Shown: piece after piece, positions 21,061-31,500 of the stretch
How positions within the stretch are numbered: position 1 is the first letter of the stretch
How the letters are laid out: each line of letters starts with the position of its first letter
Source: Escherichia coli
GTDB lineage: Bacteria > Pseudomonadota > Gammaproteobacteria > Enterobacterales > Enterobacteriaceae
Assembly: GCF_050320075.1 (NCBI RefSeq)
Contig: NZ_CP190018.1
Length of the DNA stretch: 64,000 nucleotides
Direction: 5' to 3' (one strand)
Made by a program: the position numbers and the translations under genes
Notes under the pieces: generated by a model
What the model saw: only the letters and a program-made list of their open reading frames with translations
The model's database searches: none
What the model was told of the DNA's origin: nothing

Positions 21061-24000
21061 TTAATGGAAAATGACGTCGGGTGCGCTTAACGCTTCACTC
21101 AAATCAAACACATCAAGTTCGGCAAAAGTGACAGATTTATTGTCACGGTATACATGAAGAGAACGGAAGCTCATTAGCGCTTTGCTATCAACATTGTAGT
21201 GGTTAAAACCGGATGAAAACTTAAGGACCAGCCGGTACTCGCCCAGGTCATAGACAAATGCATTCTCATAGCCTGACTCCCAGCCTTTGTATCGCATTCC
21301 CATAAGTTGCCCAACGGTAGCAGATTTACCTTCCCAGCGATTCAAACTATTACTGGCTGACTCGTCAGGCGTGAGCAGTACTGTGCGCCGTGCCAATTGG
21401 CGAAAAGGCGGCATAATTTCGTAATCGGCAAAAAGCTGTGCAAACTCACTGCGCATTTCTGCTGCCATTTCTAACGGGTGGGCAATGCCAATCAGAGCAT
21501 CGGCAGGCAGGTCAATTGGCTCATCTTGCTCATTGCAGAACTCCCCCTCAGCGGCCACACGAAAGGCGTTGAGTAAACGACGCGGTTCATTTGCCGGATA
21601 AACACCCCATATTAATCGCTGAGTAACCAGACGGGTAAAGGGATGATTAACAAACAGAGAATGAAAATCTGCCAGCGACCAGCGTCGGGTGGTGCGCAGG
21701 GCAGTTTCAAGACGCGGGAGCAGGTTTTTGCTCACCTGAGTGGCATCTTTTTTTAGCCCTTTTAGTCGGGCCAGTGCCTCGGGTGCTTTCAGTTGATCGT
21801 CATCGGCGCGCAACCGGGGAACGCTTTTCTGGCGAACGTTTTGCTGATCAAAGATAACCGGGTTAAGGTTTTCATCGAAGCGAACGGTAAATTGCCGTGG
21901 ACCAAAATCAAAAATCAACGCCTGCGGATCATCAAGACCCAGTGTTGGGACTAATCTGTCCGCTAACTGTTCCTGGCTTAGCCCTCGATTTTCTGCGACC
22001 ACCTGAAGAAATTCCGCCGCGTTATCACGTAAGGGGCGGGATTTCGCCCGTTGCGATATATGATGCAGCTGTATCAGTGCCATATCATTATTCATCTGAG
22101 TAAGTATGTTCAGGCCGCTGACGGCACGGGCAGATTTGCCTTCCTGTGGCCAGGCAAGGATCTGTGTCGTCAGATCCCGTGCCGTGCTTTCGTCGCCAAA
22201 GAGACTTAACGCCAGAAATGCCCAGTTGTCTTTTGCGGGAGCACCAGCTTGTTGCCACGCGGTGAAAAGATCCCAGGCAAAAGCTGCCAGCGTTTGCGGC
22301 TGGCAGAAAGTTTTCAGTTGTTCCAGTCCGCTATAAAAACGTCCGCCCTGGGTAAAGCGCAGCATTTCGCCGATAATTTCCAGTGCGTCATCGGTAACAG
22401 GCTGATTATTCGTGATAAGGCGCGGCCTGGACCACATTGCCGGCTGCCAGAAATCAGGGGCTTTTGGAATGCGTGTCGGGTAAATCTCTATTGGACTCTG
22501 TTTAAGTAAATGCTCCAGGGCAGGCCATACATCTGTACGCTGCCAGCGGTTTGCCGCGGTTTGCAGCAATTCACCATGTCCCTGTTCGTAAAGTAAACGT
22601 AGGGCAAGTAATGCAGCTTCGCTATTATCGCTGGATTTGGTGAAGACAAGAGGGATAAGTGCAGTAGCCGTATGTTCCGGCCATTGTAAAATCCACTGGC
22701 GAGCCAGATCACGCTGCGCCGCGAAACGTCGCCAGACGCGGGCAACGGGCAGGGCCAGTTCTGTTGCGCCAAAATTTAAAATTAACGGAAATGTTTCTTT
22801 TGGACGATATGAAAAAGCCAACAGCAGACCTGGTAGAGCATCCAATCCGAAGATACTGAGAAAATAGTCCTCACCCGCGAACAGATGCTTTTTCTCATTG
22901 ATACGTAGCCAGAAAGTCAAAGCTATCTCACGCGGCAACTGTGCCAATAAATACAGGTTCCAGATACTCTTTTCCCGACGATAGCGTGAGTAGCTGTCAT
23001 TTTCCCATATGTTAATTAACACTTCTACGTGACCGCTGCGAAGCGCCTGTTCTGCTAATTGTGCTTCCGGGGAGTTCCAGCCATTCAGGATCTCTTCAAC
23101 CCGCCCCTGGTAGTAATGCCACTGAACAATGAGTGAATTGCGTGCAGCATCCAGTTTTCCGGGGAGTATATAATTCAGAAACAGCCATACATCATCTCCA
23201 AAACCCAGCTCCTGTAGTACAACTCGTCCACTTTTATGTTCCATGCGTTCCGCAAGAGATTCCGTGCTGAAATAACGGGCAGACTCAGTGGCGGCAAGCC
23301 TCTCTCGTTCGCCTGGTTGCCAGTAAACTTGCGGCGTTAATTCGAACGGTGCCAAATCAAGACGTGGAACTGTCATTTTTTTCTTACTACGCCACGGTGG
23401 TGAAACGAGGATTTCAGGCATTTGGCTGTTATCGGTGCTATCAATAACCGTTTTAGGCGGTGCCGATAAATAACTATTCAGCACTGACCGGGCTTGAGTA
23501 CTTAACCACGGCATCACCTCTTCTGCCAGTTGTGGCTGCGATGCCATCAGCGTTTGTAACAGCGTACGCCAGTATTCATCACGTGCTTTTTGCTGTGCAG
23601 GCAGCTTTTTGTCTTCGATGATTGGATAACCAGGGCGCGTAGGTGGTTCTTTTAGCGCCAGCAGTTCTGCCAGTGCGGCAAGCGTCGCATGGGGGAAATT
23701 TTTACTGTATTTAGCTACACGTTGCAGGCTGGGTTTGTTTTTATCAGCAACTAACAGCAGGGTGCGGATGACCTGCGGATGGTTAATTTGTACCAGCAGA
23801 CTGCCGCAATCTTCTTTATGGGCATACATTGCCAGGCGTGGAACGGCTGCCAGTCCTTGTTCGCGCAAAAGGGCAGCGCAGGCCGCGTAGCCGAAGTGGT
23901 TTTCATGCGACATGTAGCTGGCTTCCCGATCGCTAAATATATCCTGGCTCCAGTAGCGTTCGAGTTTTCTCACCGCTCTGGGGTCAATAGCAACAACTTT

Positions 24001-24693
24001 TAACCACTCCTTAGAATGAAAATGAGTCCACGGGCATTCAAGGCTTACCAACTCATTGGCGATTTCTGGTTTTTCCGGGAGGATCAGAGCAATAAAAGGG
24101 CGGCGAACTTTGGTTATTCCTGGCAGTGCGGCAATGAGTTTGTCGGCGCAACGCTGCCAGCTGCTTTCCTCTGCCAGAGAGAGATGCTTACGCAGTCGGA
24201 GATCGAATTCGTTATAGGTTTCTGATCGATAACCATAGCCATAATCCTCGTTCTGATACTGCAATGTCACTAGCAGAGGATCACTTTCATAACATCGTGT
24301 AATAAACTGGCGTGCAATCACCACCTCAGTCGCATATTCCAGTCCCTCTTGTTGGACGATTTCGTCGAGCAACTGTTGGCTATCATTTTGCGCGATACAG
24401 GCTAGCGCCGCCATTGTCCGGGCCGGAACTGAGGGTTTGTGTTCGCCAATCAAGTTGATGGCCTGCGTAATGGCCGACTGCCACTCCAGTGAAAAATTTT
24501 CATAACGCCAGACAATGTTTTTTTTCTTCTCAGCTTTTTGTAGCAATTCATCACCCAGTGTCTGGATGAGGCTTTCAGTGATAACAGGCACCGGTTCGCC
24601 CGGCCAACTGCGATGGCTGAGCGGCGTTTTGCCTTTTTTATATTTCAGTTCCACTTGGGCGTTATCCGCCAGCCACGGTAATTCCTTGTCCAT
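21061..24693 (-). CDS. yehI: Large uncharacterised protein YehI (DUF4132-type, no WGR domain)
   Basis: 1210 aa. Shares conserved blocks with the two upstream paralogs (HLSLAEES.WQ.C..K, LIWGVY, C-terminal region) but lacks their N-terminal WGR-like domain. Confidence 0.85.
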   Translation of the reverse strand: MDKELPWLADNAQVELKYKKGKTPLSHRSWPGEPVPVITESLIQTLGDELLQKAEKKKNIVWRYENFSLEWQSAITQAINLIGEHKPSVPARTMAALACIAQNDSQQLLDEIVQQEGLEYATEVVIARQFITRCYESDPLLVTLQYQNEDYGYGYRSETYNEFDLRLRKHLSLAEESSWQRCADKLIAALPGITKVRRPFIALILPEKPEIANELVSLECPWTHFHSKEWLKVVAIDPRAVRKLERYWSQDIFSDREASYMSHENHFGYAACAALLREQGLAAVPRLAMYAHKEDCGSLLVQINHPQVIRTLLLVADKNKPSLQRVAKYSKNFPHATLAALAELLALKEPPTRPGYPIIEDKKLPAQQKARDEYWRTLLQTLMASQPQLAEEVMPWLSTQARSVLNSYLSAPPKTVIDSTDNSQMPEILVSPPWRSKKKMTVPRLDLAPFELTPQVYWQPGERERLAATESARYFSTESLAERMEHKSGRVVLQELGFGDDVWLFLNYILPGKLDAARNSLIVQWHYYQGRVEEILNGWNSPEAQLAEQALRSGHVEVLINIWENDSYSRYRREKSIWNLYLLAQLPREIALTFWLRINEKKHLFAGEDYFLSIFGLDALPGLLLAFSYRPKETFPLILNFGATELALPVARVWRRFAAQRDLARQWILQWPEHTATALIPLVFTKSSDNSEAALLALRLLYEQGHGELLQTAANRWQRTDVWPALEHLLKQSPIEIYPTRIPKAPDFWQPAMWSRPRLITNNQPVTDDALEIIGEMLRFTQGGRFYSGLEQLKTFCQPQTLAAFAWDLFTAWQQAGAPAKDNWAFLALSLFGDESTARDLTTQILAWPQEGKSARAVSGLNILTQMNNDMALIQLHHISQRAKSRPLRDNAAEFLQVVAENRGLSQEQLADRLVPTLGLDDPQALIFDFGPRQFTVRFDENLNPVIFDQQNVRQKSVPRLRADDDQLKAPEALARLKGLKKDATQVSKNLLPRLETALRTTRRWSLADFHSLFVNHPFTRLVTQRLIWGVYPANEPRRLLNAFRVAAEGEFCNEQDEPIDLPADALIGIAHPLEMAAEMRSEFAQLFADYEIMPPFRQLARRTVLLTPDESASNSLNRWEGKSATVGQLMGMRYKGWESGYENAFVYDLGEYRLVLKFSSGFNHYNVDSKALMSFRSLHVYRDNKSVTFAELDVFDLSEALSAPDVIFH

Positions 24694-24702
24694 GCTCTTT
24701 CC

Positions 24703-27700
24703 TTATTCAAACAGGGCTTCAATATCGTTAATGAGTTCGCTGGCGGTGATGTCGTCGAGCACGGAGAACTGCGCTTCCTGAGTTGAATTACTCCCCCAGC
24801 CATAGCTTTCCGCTTTGCCTTCCCATAGCCACAGCTTGCTTAAGACCTGCTCAGCGCTAAGATCGGCTGGTGACATACCCACCGCAAAACCTTCGTCGAT
24901 TTCCATGATTAACGACCAGCGACCGAGAGGTTTGATCATCCATCCGATCCAGCCTCCATCCTGTGGTTCGCCCTTTATCCAGCCTTTATTTGCCAGCCCC
25001 ATGACCCGGCCGCTCGGGCATTTTCTGCCTGCCCAGCGGGTCAGTTCGCTGGCGTTGCGCTCGGCTTCTGTCAGGGCGTAACTGTTACGTTCAAGCTGAC
25101 GGAACGGTGGTAGCAGTTCGTAGTCGGCAAAAAGCTGACCAAAGGCGACAGCATCCGTCGGTGATATTTCCAGAACGTGAGGAATGCCAACAGAGATATC
25201 GCCTTCCTGCAAGGTGAAAAGATCATCGTCAGCGGTGCTGTAGCTGTTATCTTCCGCCACCCTAAAGCACGCCTGTAGCTGGTTTTCGGCGCTATAAACG
25301 CCCCAAATCAGACGGCGGGTTAAGTGACGAACCAGCGGATGCTCAACCAGGAAGAGCTGAAAGTTTTCCGGCGACCAGCGGCGGCGCAGGCACATGGCGG
25401 ATTCCAGCCTTGCTACCTGCTGGGCGGCGACGGTACGCGCATCTTTTTTCAGCAATTTGTAGCGGTTAACAGCATCGTTTGCCTGTGATTCATCATCGCT
25501 TTTATTGGGTTTAGGTAAGTCTTTCAGGCGGCTGCCGGAAACATCGCGCACAAACGGTTTTAAGGTTTCATCAAAGCTGACGGTGAACTGCCGTGGGCCA
25601 AAATCCAGCAGCAGCGAACCGTTATCATCCAGACCGAGAGCCGGTGCTAACCGATCTTCAAGCTCCGCTACCGTCAGTTCGCGACTTTCGGCAATGTCGG
25701 CAATTTTCTCTTTCGCCCGCTCCTGTAATGCTTTGAATTTCAGTTTCTGGGCAATGCCGTTAAGCTGCATCAGGGCGATATCACTACTGATAGCGGCGAG
25801 GATATCCAGCCCGACGGTGGCGCGTTTATGCTGGGATTCACCAGGCCAGGCGCGTATTAATGGCGTCAGTTTGCGGGCGGTGTCATCGTTACCGAGAACG
25901 CCTAACGCAGTGAACGCCCAACTCTCTTTCGACGGCGCGCCAGCGGTCTGCCAGGCGGTAAACAGATCCCAGGCAAATTCAGCCAGTGAGTCGGCGGTAC
26001 AGGCATCTTTCACCTGCAATAATCCCGGATACAGCGCCTCCTCCTGATGGAAGCGGAGCATTTCACCGAGGTGCTGGAGTGCGCTATCGGGCAGTGATTG
26101 GGCATTTGCTTTTAATACCGGGCGGGTCCAGATCGATGGCTGATAAAAGGCCGGAAGAGTGGGGATTTTTGTCGGGTGATTATCTAAGGGATCGAGCGCA
26201 AGCATAGCGTTCACCGCATCTGTTACTTCCGGCTGGTTATAACGCCGGGCGATTTCTTGCAGTAATGGTTGATGACCGTTTTCGGTAAGCATACGCAATG
26301 CAGCGCGGGCGTTATCCTGTGCTTCACCGGCTTTGCCGAGCGCCGCAGACAGCAGGCCGGTAATGGCGTGTTCCGGGTATTTCAGCAGCCAGGTGCGGGC
26401 GTCTTGTCGTAGGGTTTTGAGTTTGTTGAAGGCGCGGGCGACGGCAGGTGCCAGCTCACTCGCTGCGAAGTAATTCGTTATGGGCAAGGCTTCCTGTGGA
26501 TAGCGTGCAAGTGAGTTTACTAACCCAGGTAATCCTTTGAGTCCAAAATGTAACATGGCGTATTCGGTATCGGTATGCGGAGATAGAGTAAGGGCATTCC
26601 ATGCTCTTACTGCTTTCTCCAGCGGCAATGTTGTCAAAATCCCCAAATGCCAATAATGCCCGGTAGGTGAATGAAACACCTTAAATTCACTTATTAAAGT
26701 TGAATAATCTTCATTTAGCCATGCCTCAACTACCGCTTCGGGAGCTTTAATATATGTACCAGCGATCCGTCGTTGAAAACCCATCCTTGCCAACAGATTG
26801 GCAGTACTTTCTTCATGACTAACCGTGATGTGTTTTGAATACCAGATATATTTCGCCAAAAGTTGATTACTGATTTCTTCTGTCAGATAACTGATTGGCT
26901 CAATACCTAATGGTGCTAAATCAAGCACTGGAATCGGCGATTTTTTCTTTTTCGAAAGCCATGGTGGGGAGACTACTATGGCCGGCAGTAGATCGGCGCT
27001 GGCATGGTTTGAGGGCTGTGTCAGTTGTTGCTGGCATGATTTCAGCACTGCAACTGCGGGTGTCGAAAGCCAGGGAATGACCTGTTCTGCTAGTGTCGGT
27101 TGCGAGATAAGCATCGTCATTAGCATAATGCGCCAACTATTCTCTTCTTTTTGCACTAGAAGTTCCGCCAGTGCTGCCAGTGCTGCGTGTGGGAACGCAG
27201 CGCAGGCTTTCGTCATTCGATCGTGACAGCGTTTAGTATGCCCTGCTACACGTATAAGCAGTGTTAATGCGAACGGATGATTGATATGACGCAACACATC
27301 GGCGCAGTAGTCACTTGCGACATAGGGAGCAAATCGGGGCAGGGCCGCAACACCTTGCTCCTGTAATACGGTGGCTGACCATATCGCACCACAATAGTAA
27401 TCATCAAAAATGGCATATGGCTCGTGATATTTTTCTAATGAGGCAAGAATGTGCTCATCAGTCGCCACTATTTTTAGCCACTCCAGCGAGGGTAATTTCT
27501 TTTGCCCCAGTAGACGCTGGGCAATTTCATGTGCAATTTCTGGTTTTTCGGGCAATAACAAAGCAATTAATGGTTGCCGCCATTCTGGAATATGTGGAAC
27601 TGCGGCAATAAGTTTTTGTGCACATTTTTGCCAGAGAGACTCTTCCGCCAGTGATAAATGTTTACGTAGGCGTAATTCAAAGCTGGAATATTGCTGCAAA

Positions 27701-28497
27701 TAATCAGGTGAAATGCCAGACGACAGGAAAACAATATTATTGTTGACATAATCCCATTCAATAGATATTTGTTGAAGATGTATTATTACATCAGTAGCAT
27801 ATTCCAGACCGCCTTCCTGAATAATCTGATCCATAACATCCGCACGCTCTTTATATCTCGTGCAGTGCAGTTCAAGTGCCGCGAGTACAGCCATTACCGG
27901 TGATGGTAATTTTGTCGTTTTCGGGCTGTTAATCAGATCGATCGCCTGAGCGATGAAGTTTTGCCACTCTAAAGTACAGGCGCTGAAGTCAAATGTAGCT
28001 GTTTTGTTATCCCGTTGCGACACGCCACAGGCTAAGCGACGTAACTGGGTTAATTTATCTACAGGTGTAACAGGATCTCCGGGAAAGCGGCGATGGCTTA
28101 AGGTGGTGGGTACGACTTCAAGCGGAAAAACGACAGCAATATCTTTTGCCAGCCACGGTAAAATAACGTCTGTATTTTTGTCAGCCACGTAGAATTCTGG
28201 TGTAACTGAGGGCTGTTCCTGAATGATGGTAGAAAAGTCAGATAATTCGAGAGATTTCGTTACCGTTCGAGTATGTTTCGATGTAGCATTCTCCGCATGT
28301 TCCACATACCCCTTTTTCGTTTTCTCCGCAATCAGCTTGAGTTCCGCTTTTTCCGCCGCCGCAGCATCTGCAAAGCTTTTTACCTGACTTTGCCCGTTGG
28401 TGCCGACTTTGCCCCAACTGATATTCAGTTCGTTTCCCTGCTGCTCCACCGCCCAGAATTTATGTGATTTTTCGTCCTGATAAATATAGGTTTTCAT
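24703..28497 (-). CDS. molR: WGR-domain / DUF4132 protein (MolR family), intact 1264 aa
   Basis: N-terminus MKTYIYQDEKSHKFWAVEQQGNELNISWGKVGT is WGR-like. Length equals the K-12 molR pseudogene product as I recall it. 9-nt gap to yehI. Confidence 0.8.
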   Translation of the reverse strand: MKTYIYQDEKSHKFWAVEQQGNELNISWGKVGTNGQSQVKSFADAAAAEKAELKLIAEKTKKGYVEHAENATSKHTRTVTKSLELSDFSTIIQEQPSVTPEFYVADKNTDVILPWLAKDIAVVFPLEVVPTTLSHRRFPGDPVTPVDKLTQLRRLACGVSQRDNKTATFDFSACTLEWQNFIAQAIDLINSPKTTKLPSPVMAVLAALELHCTRYKERADVMDQIIQEGGLEYATDVIIHLQQISIEWDYVNNNIVFLSSGISPDYLQQYSSFELRLRKHLSLAEESLWQKCAQKLIAAVPHIPEWRQPLIALLLPEKPEIAHEIAQRLLGQKKLPSLEWLKIVATDEHILASLEKYHEPYAIFDDYYCGAIWSATVLQEQGVAALPRFAPYVASDYCADVLRHINHPFALTLLIRVAGHTKRCHDRMTKACAAFPHAALAALAELLVQKEENSWRIMLMTMLISQPTLAEQVIPWLSTPAVAVLKSCQQQLTQPSNHASADLLPAIVVSPPWLSKKKKSPIPVLDLAPLGIEPISYLTEEISNQLLAKYIWYSKHITVSHEESTANLLARMGFQRRIAGTYIKAPEAVVEAWLNEDYSTLISEFKVFHSPTGHYWHLGILTTLPLEKAVRAWNALTLSPHTDTEYAMLHFGLKGLPGLVNSLARYPQEALPITNYFAASELAPAVARAFNKLKTLRQDARTWLLKYPEHAITGLLSAALGKAGEAQDNARAALRMLTENGHQPLLQEIARRYNQPEVTDAVNAMLALDPLDNHPTKIPTLPAFYQPSIWTRPVLKANAQSLPDSALQHLGEMLRFHQEEALYPGLLQVKDACTADSLAEFAWDLFTAWQTAGAPSKESWAFTALGVLGNDDTARKLTPLIRAWPGESQHKRATVGLDILAAISSDIALMQLNGIAQKLKFKALQERAKEKIADIAESRELTVAELEDRLAPALGLDDNGSLLLDFGPRQFTVSFDETLKPFVRDVSGSRLKDLPKPNKSDDESQANDAVNRYKLLKKDARTVAAQQVARLESAMCLRRRWSPENFQLFLVEHPLVRHLTRRLIWGVYSAENQLQACFRVAEDNSYSTADDDLFTLQEGDISVGIPHVLEISPTDAVAFGQLFADYELLPPFRQLERNSYALTEAERNASELTRWAGRKCPSGRVMGLANKGWIKGEPQDGGWIGWMIKPLGRWSLIMEIDEGFAVGMSPADLSAEQVLSKLWLWEGKAESYGWGSNSTQEAQFSVLDDITASELINDIEALFE

Positions 28498-28509
28498 TGC
28501 AAAGTCCTT

Positions 28510-31500
28510 TTAATCAAAAAGTGATTCGATGTCGTTAATGAGTTCGCTGGCGGTGATGGCATCAAGCGCGGAGAACGTGAGCGAGGGCTGTGTACTGTAG
28601 CGTTCCCCTGGTGAAGTGATTTTTACGCTTTCAACAGGTAGCAGGTCGCTATACCCCGTTTCGCCATAAATTAATGAAAAATGTTCTGTTTCAAGTTCGA
28701 GAGCGCCATAAGGGGTAGATTTGCGCATCGCATAGACGCTGCCGCTTTCTTCCAGACGTTGCCAGCCTCGACGTTCCAGCCCGACAATGCGCCCGGCCTG
28801 GCAAAGACGTCCTTGCCAGCGTATCAATTCATGGGTATCACGTTCATTATCAGTAAGGTGGTAATAACCACGATCGAGTTGGCGAAAGGGAGGAAGCTTT
28901 TCGTAATCAGCATAAATTTGCCCAAATGCAGTGGCGGATTCAGGAGATATTTCCAGCACATGCGGTATACCGATGTTTCCTGCTGGCAGCGTGAATAACT
29001 CATCCTGCGCATCGCTGTAAGTGCTGTCTTCTGCGACCCGGAAGCAGGCGATCAGCGTGTTTTCCTCAGTATATACCCCCCATAACACCCGTCGGGTTAA
29101 GTGACGTACCAGCGGATGCTCCACCAGAAACAGGCGGAACTGCTCTGCCGTCCAGCGTCTGCGCTGGCACATATCCTGCTCCAGACGATCAATCTGCTGG
29201 CTGGCAATGGCGTGCACATCTTTCTTCAATTGTTTGAAGAGGTTAACGGAGTCAGTTGCCAGTGTTTGATCATCGCTCTGATTTGGTTTGGGTAAATCTT
29301 TCAGGACTTTGCCGTTTGCATCGTGCACTACAGGTTTTAAGGTTTCGTCAAAACCAACGGTGAATTGACGTGGGCCGAAATCCAGTATCAGCGAGCCACT
29401 GTTATCAAGCCCTAAATCTGGAGCCAGGCGGTCTTCCAGTTCAGCCATAGTCAGCCCACGGTTTTCAGCAACTATGTTGATTTTCTCGCGGGCATGTTCC
29501 TGTAATGCTTTGAATTTAATTTTTCGCGCGATGCCATTAAGCAGCATTAGCGCAACATCGCTGCCAATATCAGCTAATACATCCAGCCCGTAAACCGCGC
29601 GTTTATGCTGGGATTCACCCGGCCAGGCACGGATAAGCGGGGTTAATTTACGTGCGGTGTCGTCATTGCCTAAAATCCCAAGCGAAGTAAATGCCCAGTT
29701 TTCTTTTGCGGGTGCGCCAGCTTCTGTCCATGCCGTGTAGAGATCCCAGCCAAAGTCAGCCAGTGATTCGTGGGTGAAGGTCTCTTTGATGGTCGCCAGC
29801 CCAGCGTAGGAGGTAATGTCGCGTGGAAAGCTCAACATTGTGCCCAGGTGGCGCATAGCGTCATCTGGCAGAGGCAGGTTGTTACTTTTAAGCCGTGGTC
29901 TGCGCCATAAGGTGAACTGATAAAAGCCGGGCAGTGGGGCGATTTTAGCGGGATATTCTTCCAGCGGATCGCTATCGAACAATGTTGCCAGCGCAGCTAA
30001 AACATCAGGTTGGTTGTATCTCCGGCCGATTTCTTCAATCGTTTCTCGCTGGTTTAATTTCACTAGCAGGCGGAATGCCTGGCGGGCATATTCCCGATTT
30101 TGGCACGGTTTGCCCAGCGCCAAAGGCAGTAGCCCGGCGGCGGCATGGCGCGGGTTATTTGCCAGCCAATTAATGGCATCCTTGTAAGCCATTTTTTTCT
30201 GTAACCGCTGCGCCATTGGTAAGGCTAGTTCACTGGCCCCAATAAAGAGGGTGAATATCCACAGTCGTTGATGATCTCGTTGCAAGCAGGTCATAAACGC
30301 AGGAATGGCCGTACTACCAAAAACTGCCAGAATCTCTTTCTCACCTGAATATCGCTCCTCAATGATTATTTGGTTGAGAAATGAAATCGCCTGTTGTCCC
30401 GGTAAGTAACAAAGCGCAGATAGATTCCAGCTTTTGTTGGCATTGTTGTGATATTTCGCAAACTCAGCTTTTAGTGCTGGAAAATCAAAGCGCAACAAGG
30501 CATCAACAGCGCTTTGCGGTATATATTTTTTTTCATGTAAGTCATCTTCGCAATGCAGCCATTCATTAAAACCTAATTGCCAAAGGATTTGTTGTTCTGG
30601 TGTAAAAGGAATGAAAGATGTCTCCCAGCTTTCTTTTTCAATTAGTGGCAGGTCGGTAAATAAGGTTTGCTGTGATGACTGATATTGCGCGATTTCACTG
30701 AATCTGGATATGTCAGTATGACTGATTAACTCTGTAATTCCTGGCGTGATGTCAGTGACTGCAGGGATGGGAAGCACCGGTAAATCAAATACGGGTATTA
30801 CATTCGTTTTCTTATTTATTACCCACGGTGGAGCGACAAACAGCTCCGGCAACATATCCGCAGTGGCGTATTCACATTCTTCAGCGACTAACTGAGTACG
30901 ACATTCAGATAAGATGCCTGCCGCTTTAGCATTAACCCAGGGAATGACGTCAGTGACTAAATCTGGCGTGGCGGTAATCAGTTTGACAAGCGCTTTACGC
31001 CACTGTGCATCTTCATGTATTGCCAGTAAAGTTGCATAAGCGGCAAGAGCCGCAGCGGGATGTTTTTGACAGGCTTTGCTTAAGTATTCCAGGTGCTTTT
31101 TCTTGCCAATTACACCGAGGATCAGAATTTGAATCGCATCCGGGTGATTCGTTTTCCATAGCCATTTGACAAGATCTTCAGTCTCGCTGATGCGCTCGAA
31201 GAGATAAGTGGGATTGTCAGAATGCTCTTCCGTAAACTCAAGAAGTATCCGGCTTACACCGCGCACCCCATTATTTGCCAGCAACATTGCCAGATAAGCG
31301 CGAAAATCATGATACAACGGTGGGAAGTCGTATTTTTCTGCTGTAGTCAGAGCGGCGTCATCGGTTACCACCAGTCTTAACCAGGTCATCGCCGGAACGT
31401 TTTGATCTGCATAACGTAGCGCCATAGCATTGGCAATATCCGGGCGTTCAGGGAGCAGTAACGCCGCAAAAGGTTGCCGTGCTGGGGATAGCGAGGGAAT